Below are positions 18,151-27,312 of a stretch of DNA of 64,000 bases, piece by piece. Position 1 is the first letter of the stretch, and each line of letters begins with the position of its first letter. The stretch comes from Candidatus Multivorans sp. Its GTDB lineage: Bacteria; Acidobacteriota; Thermoanaerobaculia; Multivoradales; Multivoraceae. The stretch covers positions 407,949 to 471,948 of the forward strand of contig OZ251997.1 in assembly GCA_965247095.1 (NCBI GenBank). The letters are read 5' to 3'. Under the pieces are notes generated by a model. That model was not told the origin of the DNA, did no database searches, and worked only from the letters and a program-made list of their open reading frames with translations. Both the position numbers and the translations under genes were made by a program.

Positions 18151-21100
18151 GTCGGGGCTCTGCCGCGCGCCGCCTGCGCCAGCCAGAGGTAGCCGTCCTC
18201 GAGCGTGGGTTCGACTGGTTCGGCCCGCCGATCGGGGCGGTCGGCAGCCAGCACGCGCAGGCGGCTGCTGCCGTCGGGTTCCGGTTGGCGATCGGCGAGC
18301 ACGGACGCCTCGGGAAGCTCCGGCTCCTCATCTCCGGGCGCCGTCCATGACCAGACACGGCCTTCGGCCTCTCGGGACAGCGCCGCCGGCTCGCCGTCGA
18401 ACACCATGCGGCCGCCGGTGAGCACCAGTACGCGCTCGCAGGCCACCGCCACGTCCTCGACGACGTGGGTCGAGAAGAGGACGATGCGGTCCTTGGCCAG
18501 GCGCGAGAGCAGGTTGCGGAAGCGGACGCGCTCGCGTGGGTCGAGGCCGACGGTCGGCTCGTCGACGACGATGATCGGCGGCAGGCGCAACAGCGTGCGG
18601 GCCACCGCGACCCGCTGCCGCATGCCGCCGGAGTAGCCGCCGATCGGTTCGTCCGCTCGCTCGTCGAGTCCGACTTCGCGCAGCAGGGAGCCGATGCGCT
18701 CCGCTCGCTCCGACGCCTCGATCTGGTAGAGCGCGGCGTAGTACTCGAGGTACTGCCGGGCCGTCAGGCGCGCCGGCAGGCCGGCGTCCTGCGGCAGGTA
18801 GCCGACGTAGCGGGCCAGCCGTTTCCGTATCCTGAGCAGGGGCACGCCGCCCAGCGTGATCCGGCCGCGGGTCGAATCCAGAATGCCGGTCACCTGGCGG
18901 AGCAGGGTCGTCTTGCCCGCGCCGTTCGGACCCAGCACGCCGACCATGCCCCGCTCGACATCGAAGCTCACCGCGGCCAGCGCCTTCACCGTGTCGATCG
19001 GCAGATCGAGACCGAAGATCCGGGTTGCTGCCGCCCGCCAGAGGCGGATCAACATGCCGCGCCAGCCACGGGTGCGCCGGCGGCGGGTTGACCGCTGCTC
19101 CCGGCGCACCGTCTCGAGACGGGCCGTGCGACGTCCGAGTTGGATCAGAAGGATGATCGTGGAGAGGATGGCCACGACGATGAACCCGCCCACCGCGGGC
19201 TCGGTGGCGAGAGCCGGACCGACCAGGCCCGCGAGAAGCGCCCAGGGCAGCAGGGCGGACAGAACGCCCTCGATGCCGCCCGGCTCGACTCGACCAAGCG
19301 CGTCGGCGCGGCCGCGGGCACGCCGGACCTCGGTCAGCAGCCGGGAAGCGATCAGCAGTGCGGCAATCCAGGCGCCCAGTTGGATCAGGTCGGCACGGAA
19401 CCTCATGGCCAGGGCGACCGCGCCGGCGAGCAACAGGAGCAAGGGCAGGATGCGGTCCCGCGCGTCGGCGGGGTGGAAGGCCTGACCGCCGCGGTCGACG
19501 ACCTGCTTGGCGAAGTCGGTCGATGCCCGCAGCGCCCGGCGCACCGGCCCCGGCCGGCCGTAGGTCTTGCGCAGGTGACGGACCACCAGCCGGGGCGGTC
19601 CGGCGTCGGCCTCCGGTTCCGGTGTCGGCGGTTTTGGCACCAGCCACACGGTGAGCCCGAGCAGGGCGCCGGCGATGAGCACGGTCGTCGTGACCTGCCA
19701 GAACATGGACTCGATCACGCCGAGAACGAACAACGGGGCGGTGGCCGCGATCACCGCGCCGAGCCAGGTCAGAACCACCCAGGGTCCGACGCGGCTGAAG
19801 ACATCGTCCAGGCGCCGCAGAAAGACGTAGCCGACCGGGATGACGAGCAGCGTGAGCACGGTCGAGGTCAGAAGACCGCCGATCACCAGGGTCGCGAAGG
19901 GCGGCCAGAGCTCGTTCTCGCGTCCCGTGGCGATGGCCAGCGGTGCGAGCGCCGCGATCGTCGTCGCGCTGGTCATCAACACCGGACGCGCGCGCTCGCG
20001 AACCGCGGCCAGGGCGGCGGCGCCCGCACTCCAGCCGGCGCCGAGTACCCGTTGCTGCATCCGGTCGACGAGCAGAACCGCCGGGTTCACCGCCAGCCCG
20101 AGGAGGACGAGCGCCCCGAGCAGCGCCATCGGATCGAGCCCGATGCCGGAGAACATCAGCGCCCACAGCGAGCCGAGCAGGGCGAGCGGCAGCGCGAGCA
20201 GAACAAGGATCGGCAGGGTCATCGACTCGAACGCCACCGCCAGAACCAGGAACACGAGCATCACGACCGGCGCCAGGACGCGCCGGAACCAGCTCGTGTT
20301 CTCGTCCGAGCGGTCGAGCTCGATTGTCGTTCCGGGCGGACGGTGGATGCTGGCAAGCGCCTCGTCCAGGTTGCGGTCGAATTCCAGCCGCGCCGGTCCG
20401 CCGCTTGGTACGTCGGACGAGACGCTGTAGATGACCTCCCGCTCGCGGCGGCCGTTGTGGTGTGTGATCACCGGGGAAGCCGGCGCGCGGCGCACCTGCG
20501 CCAAGGCGGCTACTGGCAGGACGCCAGCGCTCGTGGAGACGCGGAGCCGGGACAGGCCGCTCAGCGACGCCTCGCGCTCGAAACTGCTGCCGTCCACGAC
20601 CCGGGCGTCACTGGGTCGGTTCTCCGCGCGCTGGACGACGATCGGAAGCTCACGGCCGTTCGGAAGCGGGAAGCCGCTGTTGATGCTCGTACCCTCACGG
20701 CCGGCGAGACTCAGCATCGGCAGCACATCGTCGAGCAGGACGCCGAAGGTGTCGAAGGCGCGACGGTTCGGGCTGACGTGGATCTCGTCGGGGCCGGGCC
20801 GTGAGGCTAGAAAGGCGCCGCTGATCCCCTCGATCTCCTTGAGCCGCTCGGCGACCTCCGTGGCCAGACCGGTCAACTGGTCGTTGTCGTTTCCGGACAG
20901 GATGACCCGTTTCGGCCCTGCCCCGAGCAACTCCTGGGCGCCGCCGCCACCGCCGGGACCGCCGCCCCGACCGCCCGGGCCTTCGCCTTCGCCGGGTCGC
21001 AGAATCTCGGTACCGGCGCGCCGGTTCGCGGCCCGGCGTACGAGCTGACGGATCCGCGCCGCGGTCAGTTCCTCGGGGCGGTCCTCGAGTGCCTCGAGGT

Positions 21101-22964
21101 GGACCGTCAACGAGCCCCCCTCCTCGCGGATCATGCTTTCGACGCGGTCCACGCCGTCGACTTCATGGACCGCCTCCAGAGGCTGGAAGGCGCGCACCGC
21201 GGAATCGAGCGAACTCCGGCTCTCGTCGAGGCGCACGGAGAACTGGACCTGGTCCGCGATCTCTGCTTCTGGCGACACTGTGTTTCCGAGCACAAAGGGC
21301 AGGGCCACGAGCGCGGTGACGACGACGGCGAGAGCCACCGACGTGATCCAGCTCGCAGGCCGCCTCAGTGCCGAGGCGAGAACTCCTGCAAACAGGATGC
21401 GGATCGGGTCGGGCGGCGCCTGTCCGGCGAAGCGTTCGCGGCGCTGTCGCAATCGGGCCAGCCGGCGGATCGCCGCGGGCGCGGCGAGATGGCGGGCCAG
21501 CAGCGGTACGAGACCGATCGCCACCAACAGGGAACCGAACAGCGGCAGCAGGATCGAGAGGGCGGCGATCGCGATCAGGTTGCGGATCATCGACGATCCC
21601 AGGTCGACGAGCAGCGGCGGCACGAAGACGACCGCGGTGGTCACGGACGCGGCGATGATCGCGCGGGCGGTGCGGCGGATGCCTCCCGCCGCGGCGTCGT
21701 CGGGACTTCGGCCCCGCTCGAGGCGGCGTTGGACGGACTCGAAGACCACGACGCTGTTGTCGACCAGCAGTCCGACGCCGACCGCAAGGCCGAAGAGGCT
21801 GATCAGGTTCAGGGTCTGGCCGGCCAGGTAGAGGAAGGACAGCGCCGCGGCCAGGCTGACCGGCACCGCGATCGCTACCACCGCCACGGCCCGCCATTGG
21901 CGCAGGAAGAGGAACAGGACCGCAAGGGCGATCAGGAAGCCTGAGAGACCGAGGTTTCTCAGACGGCCGATCTGGGTCTCGACGAGTTCCGCGGCGTCGA
22001 GGCTGATGAGCAGATGAATGCCGAGGGGCTCGAGATCTGCGTTGACCTCCTCGATCCGGCGGCGCAGGTCGCGGCCGAGGCGAACCAGGTTCGCGCCCTC
22101 TTCCTGGAAGAGCAAGACCCCAACCGAGGGGTCGCCGTTGACCCGGAACAGCATTTGTCGGCGGCCGGGGCCGACTTCGATCTCGGCGACGTGGCGCACC
22201 AGAGCCGGCCGGTCCGGCACGATCCGAACCTCGCCCATGGACACCGGGCCGACGGGACGGCCGTCCAGCATCACCGCCGTTCGCCCGGCTTCGTCTTCCA
22301 GGCTGCCGAGGTAGCGCAAGCGGCCGGCCGCGGCGCGCACCGCCGCCGTCACCTGCTCCGTGGTGACGCCGAGCGCTGCACAGCGGTTCGGGTCGACCCA
22401 GACGGTCAACTGCCGCGACGCACCGCCGCCGACGATCGCCTGACTGACGCCCGGCACCGCGGCCAGCCGCGGCGTGACGAGTTCCACGACCAGGTCGTGC
22501 AGGGCGTTCTGGTCGGCGGCGCCGGTGACCTGCAGGACCATGGCGAAGCTGGAAATGGCACTGCTGTCCTGGGCCTGGACGTCCAGGAAAGCGTTCCGCG
22601 GCTGGGTGCGGGCGAGGTCCGCGGCGATCCGGCGCACCTCCAGCTCGCGGACCTTCAGGTCGACGCCGCGTTCGAAGAGGATCGTGAAGCTGCCGCCGGC
22701 GCCGCTGACCTCGCCCCAGGTCTCGGCGACCCGCGGCAGGGTCCGTACCCGGGCCTCGAGCGGCATCAGGATCTCCCGCTCGATCGTCTCCGGTTCGCTG
22801 CCCGGGCGGAAGAAGTTGACGTAGAGCTGGTCGCCGGTCAGGGCCGGGAAGAGTTCGACCGGCAGTCGTCGCCAGGCGAACAGCCCCAGGATCACAAACC
22901 CCAGGAAGAACATCGCCACGGCGACGGGGCGGCGAATGGCAAGGGTGTCGAGACCGGCTCTCAC
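18147..22964 (-). CDS. Fusion protein: RND (AcrB/HAE-type) efflux pump, ~4 extra TM helices, C-terminal ABC transporter ATP-binding domain (1605 aa)
   Basis: N-terminus MRAGLDTLAIRRPVAVAMFFLGFVILGLFAWRRLPVELFPAL and internal TM blocks (GLAVGVGLLVDNSVVVFESV, LVFLVLAVAFESMTLPILVLLALPLA) are RND hallmarks; C-terminal ~300 aa has Walker A GPNGAGKTTL, Q-loop, signature LSGGMRQRVAVARTL, Walker B IIVVDEPTVGLD, H-loop STHVVED; single uninterrupted frame; GTG start. Confidence 0.75.
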   Translation of the reverse strand: MRAGLDTLAIRRPVAVAMFFLGFVILGLFAWRRLPVELFPALTGDQLYVNFFRPGSEPETIEREILMPLEARVRTLPRVAETWGEVSGAGGSFTILFERGVDLKVRELEVRRIAADLARTQPRNAFLDVQAQDSSAISSFAMVLQVTGAADQNALHDLVVELVTPRLAAVPGVSQAIVGGGASRQLTVWVDPNRCAALGVTTEQVTAAVRAAAGRLRYLGSLEDEAGRTAVMLDGRPVGPVSMGEVRIVPDRPALVRHVAEIEVGPGRRQMLFRVNGDPSVGVLLFQEEGANLVRLGRDLRRRIEEVNADLEPLGIHLLISLDAAELVETQIGRLRNLGLSGFLIALAVLFLFLRQWRAVAVVAIAVPVSLAAALSFLYLAGQTLNLISLFGLAVGVGLLVDNSVVVFESVQRRLERGRSPDDAAAGGIRRTARAIIAASVTTAVVFVPPLLVDLGSSMIRNLIAIAALSILLPLFGSLLVAIGLVPLLARHLAAPAAIRRLARLRQRRERFAGQAPPDPIRILFAGVLASALRRPASWITSVALAVVVTALVALPFVLGNTVSPEAEIADQVQFSVRLDESRSSLDSAVRAFQPLEAVHEVDGVDRVESMIREEGGSLTVHLEALEDRPEELTAARIRQLVRRAANRRAGTEILRPGEGEGPGGRGGGPGGGGGAQELLGAGPKRVILSGNDNDQLTGLATEVAERLKEIEGISGAFLASRPGPDEIHVSPNRRAFDTFGVLLDDVLPMLSLAGREGTSINSGFPLPNGRELPIVVQRAENRPSDARVVDGSSFEREASLSGLSRLRVSTSAGVLPVAALAQVRRAPASPVITHHNGRREREVIYSVSSDVPSGGPARLEFDRNLDEALASIHRPPGTTIELDRSDENTSWFRRVLAPVVMLVFLVLAVAFESMTLPILVLLALPLALLGSLWALMFSGIGLDPMALLGALVLLGLAVNPAVLLVDRMQQRVLGAGWSAGAAALAAVRERARPVLMTSATTIAALAPLAIATGRENELWPPFATLVIGGLLTSTVLTLLVIPVGYVFLRRLDDVFSRVGPWVVLTWLGAVIAATAPLFVLGVIESMFWQVTTTVLIAGALLGLTVWLVPKPPTPEPEADAGPPRLVVRHLRKTYGRPGPVRRALRASTDFAKQVVDRGGQAFHPADARDRILPLLLLLAGAVALAMRFRADLIQLGAWIAALLIASRLLTEVRRARGRADALGRVEPGGIEGVLSALLPWALLAGLVGPALATEPAVGGFIVVAILSTIILLIQLGRRTARLETVRREQRSTRRRRTRGWRGMLIRLWRAAATRIFGLDLPIDTVKALAAVSFDVERGMVGVLGPNGAGKTTLLRQVTGILDSTRGRITLGGVPLLRIRKRLARYVGYLPQDAGLPARLTARQYLEYYAALYQIEASERAERIGSLLREVGLDERADEPIGGYSGGMRQRVAVARTLLRLPPIIVVDEPTVGLDPRERVRFRNLLSRLAKDRIVLFSTHVVEDVAVACERVLVLTGGRMVFDGEPAALSREAEGRVWSWTAPGDEEPELPEASVLADRQPEPDGSSRLRVLAADRPDRRAEPVEPTLEDGYLWLAQAARGRAPT

Positions 22965-22977
22965 GTCGCTTTCCGGT

Positions 22978-25900
22978 TCAGGCGCCGGACGGGTCGCGGC
23001 GGCGCCGGGTCAGTCGCATCGAGTCGAGTATCAGGTAGAGGCAGGGCAGCACGAGGAGCGAGCCGACGGTGGAGGTGAGGATGCCGCCGATGATCGTGTA
23101 CGCCATCGGGCTTCGCAGTTCCGCGGCTTCGCCGGCGCCTATGGCAAGCGGCGCCAGGACCAGGACAGTGGTCAGGGTCGTCATCAGGATCGGCCGCAGG
23201 CGGATCGCGGCGGCCCGGGCCAGTGCGGTGCGCCGCTCCATGCCGGCGGCGAGCAGCCGGCGGGCGGTGGCAATCAGGAGGACCGCGTCGTTCACCGCCA
23301 CGCCCGCGAGCACGATGAGGCCGAGCAGCGCCATGACACCGACCGGCCGTCCGAGGAAGCCGAGGGTGCAGGCGACGCCGACCAGGGCCAGGGGGATCGA
23401 GAACAACACCGTGAGCGGTTGGAGCAGGGACTCGAACGTTCCGGCGAGGACCATCAGCACGAGAACGAGCGCCAGCAGCCCCGCCCAGCGCAGTTCGCCG
23501 ACGGCGCGCTCGCGTTCCTCTTCCTCGCCGGCGAGACGGACGATCAGACCGGAGGGCAGGTCGGTTGCTGCGATCGTCTCGCCGGCTGCCGCGATCGCGC
23601 GCGGGTAGTCGCTGTCGTCGGCGACCCGGGCGGTCACCTGGGCGACGCGGCGCTGGTCGCGGCGGAAGACCTCGCGGGCGCCCTCGGCGGGGACGAAGCG
23701 GGCGACTTGGCCGAGGGCGAGGTCCGCGCCGTCGTTGCTCGTGAAGCGCAGTTTGGCGAGTTCCTCGGGCCGCGGCTGGGGCAGAGAGAGGACGACGTGG
23801 CGCTCCTCGTCTCCAGTCGAGAGCAGGGTGACCCTGCGGCCGTCGAGTGCGGCCTGGAGCACCCGGGCGATCGTTTCCAGGCCGACGCCGAGGCCGTCGG
23901 CCATCGCGCGGTCGAGTTCGATCCGCAGTTCCGGCGGTCCGCCCTCGAACGAGGAGCGGACGTTCCAGAGTTCGGATCGCACAGCCATCGCGTCGCGCAA
24001 CCTGGTGGCCGCCAGGCGCAGGTCGGGCAGCGACTGGCCCGCGATCTCGACCACGATCGGCGGTCCCGCGGAGCCGAGCGCGCGCGATAGCGCCGACGCC
24101 CCGACCTCCCACTCGATCTCGGTATCCGGCAGGTCTTGGAAGTTGGGCTGCAGGGCGGTCACGATCTGGCCGCCGGTCGGCCCTTCGGCGGACAGCCGGA
24201 CGAGCAGGCGGGCCGTGTTCTCCTCAGTCAGCTCCGTGGTCACGAGCCGATCGTCCTCGGGCAGGCGGCCGACCTCGGCCTGGATCGCCTGCAGGTGCTC
24301 GCCGGCAGCCTGCCTGACCGCCTCTTCCAGCGTCGCCACGGCGCCGGCGGTGGCCTCGACGCGCTGGCCGGGCGGGCCGACCATGCGCACCGAGAACTGC
24401 CGCGGGTCGGCAGGCGGCAGCAGTTCGCTGCCCAGTCCGAGCAGAACGTAGACGGCGCCGGCGGCGGCGAGCACCGCCACTCCGACGACCAGCCAGCGAA
24501 GCTGAAGCAGGCCGAGAACCAGGCGCTCGACGGCGCCGAAGGCCCAGCCCAGCGGACGCGCTTCGTCTTCGTCAGCGTCCACCGGCATGCTGATGGATGC
24601 CGCCGCCGATGCGTCGGCCGTGGGCTCGGGCGCGGCGGTTTGCGGTTTGGCGCGCGGCAGGAGCCAGCGCGACAGGGCCGGAATCAGCATGATCGCGACC
24701 GCCAGGGAGGCGCCGAGGGAGGCGGTGACGGTGAAGGCGATGCCTTCGATCAGGCGCGCCGCCAGACCCTGGACGAAGAGGACGGGCAGGAAGACAACGC
24801 ACGTAGTGAGCGTCGAGGCGGCAATCGCGCCCGCGACCTCGCCCGTGCCCCTGGCGGCCGTGTCGGCTGCCGAGGCGCCGGGGCGGTGGCGGCGGTGGAT
24901 GCTCTCCACGACGACGATCGCGTTGTCGACCAGCATGCCGGCGCCGAGCGCCAGCCCGGCCAGGGTGATGATGTTCAGAGAGTGCCCCCACAGCCGCATC
25001 GCGAACAGCGCGACGAACAGGGACACCGGCACCGCTGAAGCGACGACCAAGGTCGGACCGAGGGAGCGCAGGAACAGCGCCAGCACGACGACCGCCAGGG
25101 CGATGCCGATCAGCGCCGCGTTCGTCAGGTCGTCCATCGCGTCCTCGATCAGCGCGGCGTCGTCGTTGACCATCGAGACGAGGACCCGGGGCAGGTCGCG
25201 CTCGAGGTCGTCGAGCGCCGCGCGCACGGTGCGCGAGACCTCCACGGTGTTGGCGCCCGCCTCCTTGAACACCTGCAGGCCGACGCCCTCCTGGCCGTTC
25301 ACCCGCACCAGGTGGTCGATCTCGGCGTGTGCGAGTTCGACCGTGGCGACGTCGGAGACCCGGATCGGCTGACGGACCTGCCGGCCTCCCTCCGCCTGCT
25401 GGGTGCGGTAGCGCACGACGACCCGCTCGACATCGCGGGAGTTCCGGAACCGGGAGATGCCTCGAACGAGATAGACCTGACCGCCGTCCTCCAGGGTGCC
25501 GGCGTCGATGTCGACGTTCTCGGCCACGAGGCGTTGCTCCAGTTGGTCCAAGGTGACGCCGAACGCCTGCAGGCGGTAGCGGTCGACGCGTACGCGGACC
25601 TCCAGTTCCCGCCCTCCGAGGACCCGCACCTCGGCAACGTCGGCGAGCTGCTCCATGGCCGGCGCCACCTGACGGCGCGCCAGGCGGCGGAGCTCGGCGA
25701 GATCAGGTCCTTCCGGCTCGGCGGCCAGCCCAAGGGTGATCACCGGCGACTGCCTCGGATCGAGTTGGCGGACCAGGACCTCGTCGACTTCGGGGTCGGC
25801 CGCGACCGGATTGACCGCCTTCTGCACGTCGATCAGCGCCAGGTCCATGTCGGCGTCCCAGTCGAAGCGGACGGTGGCGATCAGGCGGCCGGTGCGGGCG

Positions 25901-26172
25901 ACCTGGTGCACCTCGCGGAGGCCGCGCACCGTGAACAGGCGCTGCTCGACCTGCTCGCCGTAGAGCCGCTCCATCTCGGTCGGCGGCCGGTCGCCGGAAC
26001 GCACGGCGACGACGATGGTCGGCGAACGCAGGTCGGGCAGGAGGTCGATCGGCAGTTCACGCCACGACATCCAGCCCACCAAGGCGAATGCCAGGGCGGT
26101 GACGGTGACCGCTACGGGCCGGCGCGCAGCCAGGCGGGCGGGGCCGAAGGTCTCACCGGATGTTCGAGTCAT
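22978..26172 (-). CDS. RND efflux transporter permease subunit (AcrB/HAE family), 1064 aa
   Basis: MTRTSGETFGPARLAARRPVAVTVTALAFALVGWMSWRELPIDLLPDL..., 12-TM RND organisation with two large periplasmic loops; 13 bp upstream of the fusion gene. Confidence 0.8.
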   Translation of the reverse strand: MTRTSGETFGPARLAARRPVAVTVTALAFALVGWMSWRELPIDLLPDLRSPTIVVAVRSGDRPPTEMERLYGEQVEQRLFTVRGLREVHQVARTGRLIATVRFDWDADMDLALIDVQKAVNPVAADPEVDEVLVRQLDPRQSPVITLGLAAEPEGPDLAELRRLARRQVAPAMEQLADVAEVRVLGGRELEVRVRVDRYRLQAFGVTLDQLEQRLVAENVDIDAGTLEDGGQVYLVRGISRFRNSRDVERVVVRYRTQQAEGGRQVRQPIRVSDVATVELAHAEIDHLVRVNGQEGVGLQVFKEAGANTVEVSRTVRAALDDLERDLPRVLVSMVNDDAALIEDAMDDLTNAALIGIALAVVVLALFLRSLGPTLVVASAVPVSLFVALFAMRLWGHSLNIITLAGLALGAGMLVDNAIVVVESIHRRHRPGASAADTAARGTGEVAGAIAASTLTTCVVFLPVLFVQGLAARLIEGIAFTVTASLGASLAVAIMLIPALSRWLLPRAKPQTAAPEPTADASAAASISMPVDADEDEARPLGWAFGAVERLVLGLLQLRWLVVGVAVLAAAGAVYVLLGLGSELLPPADPRQFSVRMVGPPGQRVEATAGAVATLEEAVRQAAGEHLQAIQAEVGRLPEDDRLVTTELTEENTARLLVRLSAEGPTGGQIVTALQPNFQDLPDTEIEWEVGASALSRALGSAGPPIVVEIAGQSLPDLRLAATRLRDAMAVRSELWNVRSSFEGGPPELRIELDRAMADGLGVGLETIARVLQAALDGRRVTLLSTGDEERHVVLSLPQPRPEELAKLRFTSNDGADLALGQVARFVPAEGAREVFRRDQRRVAQVTARVADDSDYPRAIAAAGETIAATDLPSGLIVRLAGEEEERERAVGELRWAGLLALVLVLMVLAGTFESLLQPLTVLFSIPLALVGVACTLGFLGRPVGVMALLGLIVLAGVAVNDAVLLIATARRLLAAGMERRTALARAAAIRLRPILMTTLTTVLVLAPLAIGAGEAAELRSPMAYTIIGGILTSTVGSLLVLPCLYLILDSMRLTRRRRDPSGA

Positions 26173-26211
26173 CGTGCCGGGCTCCGGTGGTCAGAGCTGC
26201 CGAATCGGTTC

Positions 26212-27312
26212 TTATTGGGAAACCCGGACGCGGGTGCCGTCGGTCAGGGTTTCGAGGCCGCGAACGACGACCCGCTCGCCGAGCTCCAGCCCCTGGCGAA
26301 TCTCGGTGATCTCGTCGTCGCCGAGACCGAGAACGACTTCGCGCCGCACCGCGCGCTGGCCGTCGAGGACGAAGACGACGCGCCGGCCGCCGCGCTCGGT
26401 AACCGCCTCGCGCGGAATGACGGGGACGTCGTTGCGCTGCTCGACGACCAGGGTCACTTCGACGAACATGCCCGGCCGCAGCAGGCCGCCGGGATTGCGC
26501 ACCGCCACCTCGGCGCGGAAGGTGTGGGTGACCGGGTCGACCTCGGGGGACAGGCGGACGACCCCGCCTTCGAACGTCTGGCCCTCCCAGGCGAAGTGCC
26601 TGAGCCGGCCCCGCTGCCCGGGGTGGACCCGCGCCAGTTCGGGGCCCACGAGGTCGATGTCGGCGATCAGGGAGGCGACCGGAGCGATCCGGGCCACCTG
26701 GAAGCCCCGGGAAACGAGCTGGCCGTCGGCGATCGGCATGCCGTTCGGGTCGCGGGCGAGTTCCATCAGCACGCCGCCGATCGGGGTCAGCATCTTCGCG
26801 CGGTCCTCGGTAAGCAGGCTCTGCTCCCAGGTCGCCTTCGCGTCTTCGAGCGCGATCTCGGCGCGGCGCAGCTCTTCGGCACTGATCAGTTCCTGCTCGA
26901 ACAGCTTGGCGCGGGCGTCGCGTTCGGCCTCGGCGCCCAGGTAGGCTTGGTGGGTCGCCTCGACCCGGGCCGCGAGCCGTGCGTCCTCGCCGGTGACCTC
27001 CGCGATCATCTGCTCGGGGACGACGCGGTCGCCTTCGGCCAGCCGGTCGCCGGAACCGTTGCGGCCGATCAGCAGTCTCCCCGGCGTCTCGACCTGCAGG
27101 ACGATGCTCTCGGCCGCTCGCAGAGTGCCGGTGGCGACGATCAGATCCTCGACGTTGCCGGTTTCGACCTCGGCCGCGGTGACCGGCACCAGGAAGTCGA
27201 CGGGGTCCGTGCTGCCGCCGCCTTCGCAGGCGACGATCACGGCGCAGGCGGCTATCGCGAGGCCCGCATGCCGGAGGCCGGCGATCGGGCGGGAGGGCTG
27301 CCGCGGGCTCAT
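26212..27312 (-). CDS. Efflux RND adaptor subunit (membrane fusion protein, HlyD/AcrA family), probable lipoprotein
   Basis: Start moved to ATG 27312 (MSPRQPSRPIAGLRHAGLAIAACAVIVAC), overlapping upstream stop as ATGA; coiled-coil segment (AEELRRAEIALEDAKATWEQSLL) plus beta-barrel/MP region typical of MFPs; upstream 173 aa of the ORF are Arg-rich junk. Confidence 0.75.
   Translation of the reverse strand: MSPRQPSRPIAGLRHAGLAIAACAVIVACEGGGSTDPVDFLVPVTAAEVETGNVEDLIVATGTLRAAESIVLQVETPGRLLIGRNGSGDRLAEGDRVVPEQMIAEVTGEDARLAARVEATHQAYLGAEAERDARAKLFEQELISAEELRRAEIALEDAKATWEQSLLTEDRAKMLTPIGGVLMELARDPNGMPIADGQLVSRGFQVARIAPVASLIADIDLVGPELARVHPGQRGRLRHFAWEGQTFEGGVVRLSPEVDPVTHTFRAEVAVRNPGGLLRPGMFVEVTLVVEQRNDVPVIPREAVTERGGRRVVFVLDGQRAVRREVVLGLGDDEITEIRQGLELGERVVVRGLETLTDGTRVRVSQ

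Noticed and set aside
18328-24112. Multiple long ORFs (612, 554, 384, 383 aa etc.) on both strands overlapping the RND genes
   Set aside because: All are extremely Arg/Ala/Pro/Gly-rich low-complexity translations, characteristic of alternative frames in ~70% GC coding DNA; the RND frames carry the real conserved motifs
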